Source of the DNA: an uncultured Haloferula sp.
Lineage (GTDB): Bacteria > Verrucomicrobiota > Verrucomicrobiia > Verrucomicrobiales > Akkermansiaceae
Reading direction: 5' to 3'
NCBI GenBank assembly: GCA_965652295.1
Contig: CBFGTS010000023.1
Coordinates: forward strand, 1-44,809
Length of the DNA stretch: 44,809 nt
Part shown: one piece after another, positions 1 through 8,300 of the stretch
Position numbering within the stretch: the first letter of the stretch is position 1
Layout: each line of letters begins with the position of its first letter
Made by a program: the position numbers and the translations under genes
Notes under the pieces: generated by a model
The model's database searches: none
Seen by the model: the letters and a program-made list of their open reading frames with translations, nothing else
Told to the model about the DNA's origin: nothing

Positions 1-360
1 CCCTCGAAGGTGAGGAGGCATTTGCCGCTCCCCGAGTCCCACAGGCGCACGGTGCCGTCGTCGCCTGCGGAGACGATGGTCCGGCCGTCGGGAGCATAGG
101 CGGCCGAGGCGACCCCACCCTCGTGGCCCTCGAAGGTGAGGAGGCATTTGCCGCTCCCCGAGTCCCACAGGCGCACGGTGCCGTCGTCGCCTGCGGAGAC
201 GATGATCCGGCCGTCGGGAGCATAGGCGGCCGAGGCGACCCCACCCTCATGCCCTTCGAAGGTGAGGAGGCATTTGCCGCTCCCTGAGTCCCACAGGCGT
301 ACGGTGCCGTCGGAGCCTGCGGAGACGATGGTCCGGCCGTCGGGAGCATAGGCGGCCGAC
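1..360 (-). repeat. Tandem 126-bp (42-aa) WD40 coding repeats, about 2.9 units visible
   Basis: 1-126 and 127-252 are identical at 123/126 nt; 253-360 is a third, slightly more diverged unit. Confidence 0.97.
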
Positions 361-3167
361 TGCATCAATGTCCTACATGGAAACAGAGCTAGTTCTGTAT
401 CGAGCTGCGGCGATCGCTTGGCCGGTCGTGAAAGGAAGGAGGGCCCCGTCCACCGATGGGCGAACGTCGAGAGCTGATGAACCTCGGCGAGGTTCAGATT
501 CTGAGCCGCGCAGTCGGTAAAATCGGCGGAGGTAAGATTGGCGTTCGTGAAATCGCAATCATCCAACTGGCATTGGTCGAATTCAGATTGGTGCAGCTCG
601 GCATCGCTAAACACGCTCCCCGCCAGATTGACGTGAGACCAACGGGTGCGCCGCAGGTTGGCCGCACGGAAATCCGCGGCACGGAGAAGCAAGGGCGGGT
701 AGTTTTCCCGACCTCGGACCTCCAAGTCGGACAGATCTTGCCCGGCTAGGGAGAACCGCGACGGGATGGGCAGTGGTAGGGAATCGCCGGCGGCCAGCAG
801 GTAGTAATGAAAGGCGTTCAGGCAGGCCGTTGGCTGGTCTTTCTGCTCGAGAAGCGTCGCAAGCGCATCAAGGGCCTTTTCGCGGTCGTCCGCAGTGTCG
901 ATCCACTCGCCAAGGAAGCGTAGCGTTTCCCGTGAGGGCTGTGGCAGGCTCCAGTCCTCCACCCTATTTTCCCGAAGTGCTTCGAAGAGGTAGCTCGAGA
1001 GGAAGTATTCCAACAACGAGGAGTGGGCGAAGCGGAAGTTCTGCTCCTCGGTATCCGGCCGGAGGATGAAGGTGGCGGTGCGGAGATCTTCAAGCAAGAG
1101 GGCGCGGTCCTTGCCATGATAGGCATGGCTGATTTCCGGGTGCCGGAGGAAGAAAGTGTCGAACCATTTCACCAGCTTCACCCAAGGCCACTCCCGAGCA
1201 CCTGACCGGTGCATGTCAGCTGCGAGTGCCGCCATGATCACCGGCTTGTGGTCGGGGTCGAGGTGGTGCTTGCCCGCGTCGCGATCCAGCCAACTGCGGG
1301 TGAGGATTTGATAGAGCGTGACCGGTTGAATCTTCCGGCCCGCCGCCTTAAGCTTTTCGAGCGCCTCAATGTGGCTGGTGATGAGGCTCAGTAGATAGGG
1401 GCGGGAAGCAAGGTCCTTCAGGTCGTGGATTTCGAGAAGAAGGTTCCAAGCCCGCTTCCCGGCCTCCTCGCCGAGTTCCTGATCGAGATAGCTGCGGATC
1501 TGCTCAGCGGTGAACGGGAGGATGAACGCGACCTTGTAGTGGGACGGCCGCAGACCCTCGCGCTGCTCGCCGGTGAGCATGTTGTCCTGCTGCCGGAGGT
1601 CCTTGAAGTAGTGGGAGCGGCAGGAGATGAGCACCTTGGTCGGCGGAGGATTCGGTCCGCCGATCAAGGCCTGCGGGGTGATCGACCACAGCTCCCGGAT
1701 GAAGGTCTGTGCGTCGGCCTCCGAGTAGTGGACGATCTGCTCGTCAAGGCCATCGAAGAGGACGATCGCCTGACCTTTCCGGACGAGGTTGATGAGTTCG
1801 GAGGCAGTGACGGATAGCGACTCGGTTTTCTTCCAGTTTCGTCGCAAAGCATTGTTGAGGATCTCCTCCAGTTGAGGCACCCCGTTGACCGGGGTCATCC
1901 GGTGGCGGAGGTCGATGTAGATCGGCAGCGGCAGGCTCGGATTTGTCTCACGTTCATCAAGCAGCCTGCGGGTGAACTGCTTGAGGGTGGTCGTTTTCCC
2001 CATGCCGTATTCGCCGAGCAGAGCGAAGAAAGGCGCTTCGTTTGGTTTGAGCGCCCAGTCGCGGAGGAACTGGACAGCATCGTGATCGTCCTCCGTGGCC
2101 GAGGTTTCCCTCTTGGTGTCGAGGGCTTCCTTGCGATGGATCGCCCATGGCCGGGCTCGGGTTTCAATGAAGGGCCCGCGACAGTCGGAATCCAACGCAG
2201 CCTCCTCGGCGATCTGGTGGAGCTGTGGCTTGGTCGGCGTGGGGCGCTTGTCGGGCCGTGGCGTCGGCGGGTGCGTTTCGAGCCGTTGGTAGATCCCTTG
2301 CGCGAGATTCCTCACGTATTCCTCGCGGTCCTGCTTGGAGCGAAGCCCGGAGAAGGCCTTGAAGCTGCCGTTGGATTTCTTGAAGCGGAAAATTTGCCGC
2401 TCCTCAAGCCCCCGGGTGTTGTGGTTGTTGAAGTCGATCTTCTTCAGTTCGACGGGAATGCATGGCTTGGTAGCGCTGACGAAGGTGGGTAGCTCGTGAT
2501 CGGTGATGTATTCGCTGGAGAGGAAGGTTGGACTGAGGAGGAGGAGCCCCAGATCGCAGGACGCGAGGGCGTGCTGGATCGCAGCGTGCCATTTTTCCCC
2601 AAGGATGATCCGACCATCGACCCAGAGGGTGAAGTTGTATTTGGCGGACGCGCCCAGCTCCTCTTTCAGGAGACTCAGCAGCAGATCTCGCTCCTTCTCG
2701 TTGTCGTGAGAAAACGAGACGAAGAAGCGGACGGGGATGCGGCTGTCTTTTGCGATCAGACGTGAAGGAAGCGGCTCGTGATTGTCCGTGTTGGCCGTTC
2801 CGACCCGGGACAGCTCCTCGATTTCCGCGACGATAGCGTCCGGCCCCTCAATCCAGCAGGCGCGCTGATCGTTCGGCGATTTCTTTTTGGTGTCCGCGAC
2901 AAAGCGGATGTCGGGATGGCCGGCTTCCTTGGCTGCATGGTTGAAATTAAGGCGGAACTTCCTCAATGCGCCCGCTGCTGCATCGGCACTCAAATCGGGA
3001 AAGACCCCTCTATAGCACTCGGCGAGGTTCGCCTTGCCGGTCGCCGGGTCCAGGATCGACAGCAGCCGGATGAGGCGTTCGTTGTCCTTCGCTCCGAGTT
3101 GATCCGCGACTTTGGAGCGATAGCGCTCGAATTGGTTCGCCCGGAGGGTTAGCGATTTTTCCTTCAT
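1..3167 (-). CDS. NLR-like STAND protein, 3' end off window: putative wHTH, TIR, NACHT NTPase, pentapeptide repeats, WD40 repeats (>1055 aa)
   Basis: Hand-translated; open from ATG 3167 (MKEKSLTLRANQF) to the window edge with no stop. TIR: RFFVSFSHDN...LWVDGRIILGEKW...SPTFLSSEYITDHEL. Walker A GEYGMGKT (1992-2015), Walker B IVLFDGLDE (1740-1766), ISCRSHYF, LASRPYLL, FRFAHSSLLEYF. Pentapeptides ADFRA/ANLRR/ANLTS/ADFTD. WD units GHEGGVASAAYAPDGRTIVSAGDDGTVRLWD. Confidence 0.93.
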   Translation of the reverse strand, partial: MKEKSLTLRANQFERYRSKVADQLGAKDNERLIRLLSILDPATGKANLAECYRGVFPDLSADAAAGALRKFRLNFNHAAKEAGHPDIRFVADTKKKSPNDQRACWIEGPDAIVAEIEELSRVGTANTDNHEPLPSRLIAKDSRIPVRFFVSFSHDNEKERDLLLSLLKEELGASAKYNFTLWVDGRIILGEKWHAAIQHALASCDLGLLLLSPTFLSSEYITDHELPTFVSATKPCIPVELKKIDFNNHNTRGLEERQIFRFKKSNGSFKAFSGLRSKQDREEYVRNLAQGIYQRLETHPPTPRPDKRPTPTKPQLHQIAEEAALDSDCRGPFIETRARPWAIHRKEALDTKRETSATEDDHDAVQFLRDWALKPNEAPFFALLGEYGMGKTTTLKQFTRRLLDERETNPSLPLPIYIDLRHRMTPVNGVPQLEEILNNALRRNWKKTESLSVTASELINLVRKGQAIVLFDGLDEQIVHYSEADAQTFIRELWSITPQALIGGPNPPPTKVLISCRSHYFKDLRQQDNMLTGEQREGLRPSHYKVAFILPFTAEQIRSYLDQELGEEAGKRAWNLLLEIHDLKDLASRPYLLSLITSHIEALEKLKAAGRKIQPVTLYQILTRSWLDRDAGKHHLDPDHKPVIMAALAADMHRSGAREWPWVKLVKWFDTFFLRHPEISHAYHGKDRALLLEDLRTATFILRPDTEEQNFRFAHSSLLEYFLSSYLFEALRENRVEDWSLPQPSRETLRFLGEWIDTADDREKALDALATLLEQKDQPTACLNAFHYYLLAAGDSLPLPIPSRFSLAGQDLSDLEVRGRENYPPLLLRAADFRAANLRRTRWSHVNLAGSVFSDAELHQSEFDQCQLDDCDFTNANLTSADFTDCAAQNLNLAEVHQLSTFAHRWTGPSFLSRPAKRSPQLDTELALFPCRTLMQSAAYAPDGRTIVSAGSDGTVRLWDSGSGKCLLTFEGHEGGVASAAYAPDGRIIVSAGDDGTVRLWDSGSGKCLLTFEGHEGGVASAAYAPDGRTIVSAGDDGTVRLWDSGSGKCLLTFE

Positions 3168-3508
3168 CGAAAGAAGTCTTGGCGGGTGGATTGCAGAATT
3201 CAAGAACGTATTGAATGTTTCTGGAACGATTTAATCGGAGTCGAGCCGATCTCGGCAACCCGACACGCTGAAAATCAGGACGTTCCGGCTCAGTGGCCTC
3301 CGTCTTCCTCAGTTCCTCAGTGTCCAGAAGAATGCCTGTCCCATCGGGAACAGCCTCGAAGGATTCTGGCGAAGCCCGCTGAACGGAACCCCATCCGCGT
3401 TCATCCCCTGCATCTGCGGTTCTTTCCCTTCCGGGCTTGATCGTCCTGCGTGCGCCCCGTCTCCAAAAGTTCGACAATCCGCCCCCCGCCTGCTACTCCG
3501 CGCGCCCC

Positions 3509-4462
3509 ATGATTCAAGAAGCCGTTCAGGAAGTGCGCGTGTTCGCCCCCGCCACCGTTGCCAACGTGGCCTGCGGATACGACGTGCTCGGGTTTGCCAT
3601 CGATTCGCCCGGCGATGAAATCGTCGTCCGCCACTGCTCGAAACCCGGCCTGCACATCACCGCCATCACCGGCGACGAGGGCAAGCTCCCGAAGGCACCC
3701 GAGAAGAACACCGCCGGCGTCGCCGCGCTCGACCTGCTCCGCCACCTCGGCATGACCGACCGCGGCATCGAGATGGAAATCCACAAGAAAATGCCCTTCG
3801 GCTCCGGGCTCGGCTCGTCGGCCGCTTCCGCCGTGGCGGGTGCCTATGCGGTGAATTGCCTGATCGGCCATCCGCTCACGAAGAAGCAGCTTCTCCCCTT
3901 CGCCATGGCGGGCGAGGCCTCGGCCGACGGGGCCTGGCACGCCGACAACGTCGCGCCCTGCCTGCTCGGCGGCATCGTTTTCATCCGCAGCAATGAGGAG
4001 CTCGACATCGCCCAGCTCGCGCCGCCGAAGGACCTGTGGGCCGCGGTCGTCCATCCCGACATCGAGGTGCTCACCAAGGTCGCCCGCGAGATCCTGCCGA
4101 AGGAAATCCCGCTCCAGAACGCGACCCAGCAGATCGGCAACCTCGGCGGCCTGCTGTGCGGCATCATTCAGGAGGACTACGGCCTCATCGCGCGCTCGCT
4201 GCACGACGTGATCGCCGAGCCGCGCCGCCAGAAACTCATCCCGGATTTCTACAAGGCCAAGCACGCCGCGATCAACGCCGGGGCCCTCGGCTTCTCGATC
4301 TCCGGTGCCGGTCCGTCCGTCTTCGCCCTGTGCGAGGGCGAGGAAAGCGCGCACAAGGTCGCCAAATCCATCAGCAAGGTCTTCGACGCCGTCCCGCTCG
4401 GCAACCAGGCCTACGTTTCCCGGATCAACCCCCACGGGGTGCATGTGGTGGAGGAGAAGTAG
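3509..4462 (+). CDS. thrB: Homoserine kinase
   Basis: GHMP kinase motifs APATVANVACGYDVLG, PFGSGLGSSAAS, HADNVAP, ISGAGPS. ATG 3509 preferred over the longer ORF start. Confidence 0.95.
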   Translation: MIQEAVQEVRVFAPATVANVACGYDVLGFAIDSPGDEIVVRHCSKPGLHITAITGDEGKLPKAPEKNTAGVAALDLLRHLGMTDRGIEMEIHKKMPFGSGLGSSAASAVAGAYAVNCLIGHPLTKKQLLPFAMAGEASADGAWHADNVAPCLLGGIVFIRSNEELDIAQLAPPKDLWAAVVHPDIEVLTKVAREILPKEIPLQNATQQIGNLGGLLCGIIQEDYGLIARSLHDVIAEPRRQKLIPDFYKAKHAAINAGALGFSISGAGPSVFALCEGEESAHKVAKSISKVFDAVPLGNQAYVSRINPHGVHVVEEK

Positions 4463-4467
4463 GGATC

Positions 4468-4986
4468 ATGAAGACCTGCGTCTCACTTGCCCTGTTGCTG
4501 CTGGTGTTCTCACTGACCAGCTGCGTGACTTTCGTCACCAAGGAGATCACCCGCTCTCCGGCTGACGCGAAGATCCTCGCTCATTCGGCAATTCTGCGTC
4601 CGCTGCACCCTCCCGTGGGAGATCTGGCTGCCACCCACACGATGGGTAAAATCAACTTCCAGAACGCCTACACACCGTTGGTCGGAAACAAGAGTGTTCG
4701 GAAGGGATTCTACGGTGAGACGGCCAAGGCAAGCCTGGTGCTCGTTCCGGGTGATTTCACCATCTCCGCGTGGACTGGAATCAGCGGATATGTTTCCAAG
4801 GTGGATCTCGGTTTCGATGCCCGGCAAGGCGTCATCTACCGAGTGAAGGCCACTGGCGGGCCGCAGATTCCTCATCACGTCTGGACCGTGTATGAGGAAG
4901 ACACCCAACGGGTTGTCTTCCGAAAGTCGGTGGAAGCGAAGTATACTCCTCCGGTCATTTACACGACCGTCATCATCCCGGGTTGA
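4468..4986 (+). CDS. Hypothetical lipoprotein (172 aa)
   Basis: MKTCVSLALLLLVFSLTSC signal with lipobox; starts 5 nt after the thrB stop; more A/T-ending codons than thrB. Confidence 0.8.
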   Translation: MKTCVSLALLLLVFSLTSCVTFVTKEITRSPADAKILAHSAILRPLHPPVGDLAATHTMGKINFQNAYTPLVGNKSVRKGFYGETAKASLVLVPGDFTISAWTGISGYVSKVDLGFDARQGVIYRVKATGGPQIPHHVWTVYEEDTQRVVFRKSVEAKYTPPVIYTTVIIPG

Positions 4987-5054
4987 AGTTACCGGTGGAT
5001 CGACCACCTCAAGAAACTCAAGCGCTGCCGGATGCTCCGGAGCGGAGACATCGT

Positions 5055-5198
5055 CCATCGGGTCGATCGGAAGGAAGCGATTCCGCGCTCCCTGCCGCCG
5101 GACAACGGACTCTCCATGCCGGATTCCCTGCCGACCCTCGGCGAGGACTTCTGGAAGATCTGGCGCGACCTCTTGTTCAGGAAATCGGCTACGCCGTG
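5055..5198 (+). pseudogene. thrC: Decayed copy of the thrC 5' region (repeat of 11929-12073)
   Basis: Manual alignment gives 10 substitutions (5 non-synonymous) plus a 1-nt deletion (ttccagg to ttcagg); the thrC start codon is missing. Confidence 0.93.
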
Positions 5199-5362
5199 CC
5201 GGTCCGTCCGTCTTCGCCCTGTGTGAGGGCGAGGAAAGCGCGCACAAGGTCGCCAAATCCATCAGCAAGGTCTTCGACGCCGTCCCGCTCGGCAACCAGG
5301 CCTACGTTTCCCGGATCAACCCCCACGGGGTACATGTGGTGGAGGAGAAGGCGGCAAAGTGA
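5196..5362 (+). pseudogene. thrB: Duplicated thrB 3' end (5196-5350 repeats 4305-4459) with alternative C-terminus EEKAAK*
   Basis: 153/155 nt identical, both differences synonymous; joined to the thrC fragment at a shared GTG (5196-5198). Confidence 0.95.
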
Positions 5363-5372
5363 AGCAATCCCC

Positions 5373-8300
5373 TCACTCCACCCGCAGGTGGAGGAACTGC
5401 TGGGCGGCGGCGAGCGGGACTCGGCAGCGGCGGGCTTCGGAGCCCTCGATCACCGGAGCGTCCGGGTCCACCTCATCGATCAGGCCCTCGGTGTCCCAGC
5501 CGGCCAGGGTCGATGACCTCTCGGCGAAGTAGCCGAGGCCGGCATCCACCCGGTCCTGCCAGACGCGGTAGCCGAGCACGATCCACTCCTGGCCGTCGAT
5601 GGTTTCCGTGGCCGCGGTGAACGGCTTCGGCGTGGCGACGGTCGGATCGAGGTTGAAAGCGTATTCGAGGAAATTGCTGATGCCATCGTGATCCGGGTCC
5701 GCCCCGGCCAGGGCGTCGGCACCGCTGAGCGAGTGTTCCCCGGCCCATTCTTCGAAGCCGATGCCTGAGTTCCCGGCCCGGAGGATGACGGCCCCGGTGT
5801 ACTCGGCGGTGAATCCGCCGCCGATGAGCTGGATGAAGGTGCCGCTCGGGGCCGAGCCGCTGAGCACGGTGAAAAGCGTGTCTTCCGCGGGGAGATAGCC
5901 GTTGATCTTCTGCACCGAAAGGGTGCCTGCCAACTGAATGCCGCCGGTCGCTTGGAGGATGTCGAAATCCGGTGCCGCCGCGTTTTCACCGCCGATGTCG
6001 ATCGACAGCGTGCCGGTCGCCGTTTGCTGGAAGGCCCAGTCCATCGTCTGCCGCCCGACCGGGGAGCCGATGGTTACCGTGCCTTCGTTGATGAGGCGGT
6101 TGCCACCGAAGTAGTTGCCGAGGTGGTGGGTTCCGCCCGCATTCAAGGTGGCACCGGCGAGGTTGCGGAGCGTCGAGGCATCTCGGCCGGTCAGCACCCC
6201 GGTGCCGCCGAAATTCAGCGTCGCGGCGTTGCGCAGGTGCGCTCCGGGCGCGAGGGTTTTTTCGCCCGTCCCGGCGGTGCTGAACGACGAGGCGTTGGTC
6301 AGCGTGCCGTAGATCCAGCCGCCCGACCACGTGGTGGTGCCGCCGGACAAGGTCGCGCTGCCGTCCTCGTGCGCCGCCACCGAAGATCCTCCCAAGTCCA
6401 GGGTGGCACCACCTGCGATCGAGGCGGTTCCCTGGATGGCGACCGTGCCGCCCACCAAGCGGGTGCGGCCGGCCCCTTGGAAGGAAACGCCCGGGCGCAG
6501 CGCGCCGCCGCTCCGGATTTCCAGATCGCCGGTCTCTGCGAGGCAGACTCCGGAAAGGTCGATGTACCATTCGTCGAGCCACGCGGGATCGGTCGCGGTC
6601 GATTTTTTCAGCGTCCCGAGCACTTCCAGCCGGTTGCCGCCGAAGTAGTTCGCAAACACGTCGCCGGTTCCGCTGACGTTCATGGTGCCGCCGGTCTCGA
6701 CGCGGATCGTCGAAGTGTCCCGGCCGACGATTGGGTCGCCGCCCTGCCAGTCGAGCGTGCCGTGGACCGTCAGTTGCGAACCGGGCGCGATCACCCGGGA
6801 ACCCGCGCCGGAAACGGTGAGGGAGGCGGCCGGATGGACGTCGACCAGGCCGGTCAACCAGCCGTCGGTCCAGGAGGAGGCGTCGGTCAGGGAAAGCACC
6901 GCGGGCGGCGTGCTGCCGAGCGTGCCGCCGGTGATGGCGATGCGCGCCGAGGCGTCGCCCAGGGCGACGAGGCTGCCGCCGGTCATTTCGTTGGGGCCTG
7001 CGAGGACGGTGCCGGCATCGAGCGTGTGGTTGCCACCGGTGAAACGGATGGCTCCGGGCGCGGACGAGAGGAATTCGCCGGCCGAATTGCCTCCGCCATG
7101 GAGCAGGAGCAGTCCGTTGGACGCGGTGGCCTCGCCGTCGTTGTCGAAGGCCCAGTCGATGCGGTTGTCCCCGGAGCCCGTTTTGACAAGCGTCGCACCG
7201 GGATCGATGACGAGGTGGTTGCCGCCGAAGTAATTCACGAAATCGCCGGCTCCTTCGATCGAGAAGCCGCCTCCCGAGCGGACGGCCAGCGTGCTGTTCT
7301 CTCGCCCGGTGACGCTGCCGGTTTCCCAGCGCACGTTTCCACCGACATCGAGGAGCGCGCCGACGCCGAGCGTCTTGTCGCCCGTGCCGCCGATGACCAG
7401 CGTGCCGGCCGGAGTCACCGTGGTGGTGCCGACGATCCAGCCGCCGTTCCAGCCCAGCACCCCGAGGATCGATCCCGCCGGGTCGCCGGTCAGGGTCCCG
7501 CTGGTCAGGGTGGAGTCGGCGTTGAAAGTGGTCGCCCCCATCAGTGAAGTGGAGCCTTCGAAAGAAAACGCGCCAGCGCCGGTGAACGAGCCGGCGGCGT
7601 TGAGGACCAGCGAGGACGTGAAGCGGACCGTGCCGCCGGCGGCGTGGAGGATGCCAGTGTGGCGATAGGTCCAGTCGGCGAGCAGCGATTCGCCGGTGGT
7701 GGCGCTGCGCCGGAGTTCGCCGGTGTTGAAGAACTGGTTGCCGCCGAAGTAGTTTTCGAAGGCTTTGCCCGGGGCGGCGAGGTCCCACAGGCCCTGGTTC
7801 TGGATCGTCACGTTTTCGCGGCCTTGGAGCGGCGTCGCACTGTTCCAGACCACGGTGCCGAGGTTGTCAAAGGTCGTACCGGTGCCGAGGATGCTCCAGC
7901 CATCGATCGTCAACTGGCTGCCGGCCGGGTTTTCGAGCGTCCCGTGGATCCAGCCGCCGCTCCAGAACCAGTCGCCGACGATCCGCGCGCCGGCGGCGGC
8001 GTTCCAGGTGCCGTCCGTTTTTCGCAGCGTGGCGACGGTCGAGGTGACCTCTCCGCCCAACGAGCAGGTGCTCGAAAGCCACTCGATGGTGCCCGCGCCC
8101 GTCAAGGCGGCTCCCGCCGGGAGCATCGAGTTCGCGTTCACCTGCAGCGTGCCGAGGCTGGAGCGGGTTTCGGCCGCCAGGTTGAAGGTCCAGTCGCGCA
8201 GCTCGGTGTTTCCCGCGGCCGAGGCGTGGAGCAGGCCGAGGTTGTTGAAAACGTTGCTACCGAAGTAGTTCTGAAATGGCACGCCGGGCGTGAGCAGGTT

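Noticed and set aside
1..360. Possible CRISPR array or non-coding tandem repeat
   Set aside because: The 126-bp units have no unique spacers and translate in frame as WD40 repeats; there are no cas genes.
373..3152. Many short ORFs in the track (e.g. 456-749, 1872-2492, 2778-3152)
   Set aside because: Antisense or off-frame shadows of the long minus-strand NLR-like gene.
4305..5350. thrB and thrC duplicates as diversity-generating retroelement template/variable repeats
   Set aside because: Mismatches are not adenine-specific and no reverse transcriptase is present.
4892..5362. 156-aa ORF ending in the ThrB C-terminus as a real gene; also 5032-5226
   Set aside because: Chance read-through of the chimeric thrC/thrB duplication; no kinase core, and the thrC part is frameshifted.
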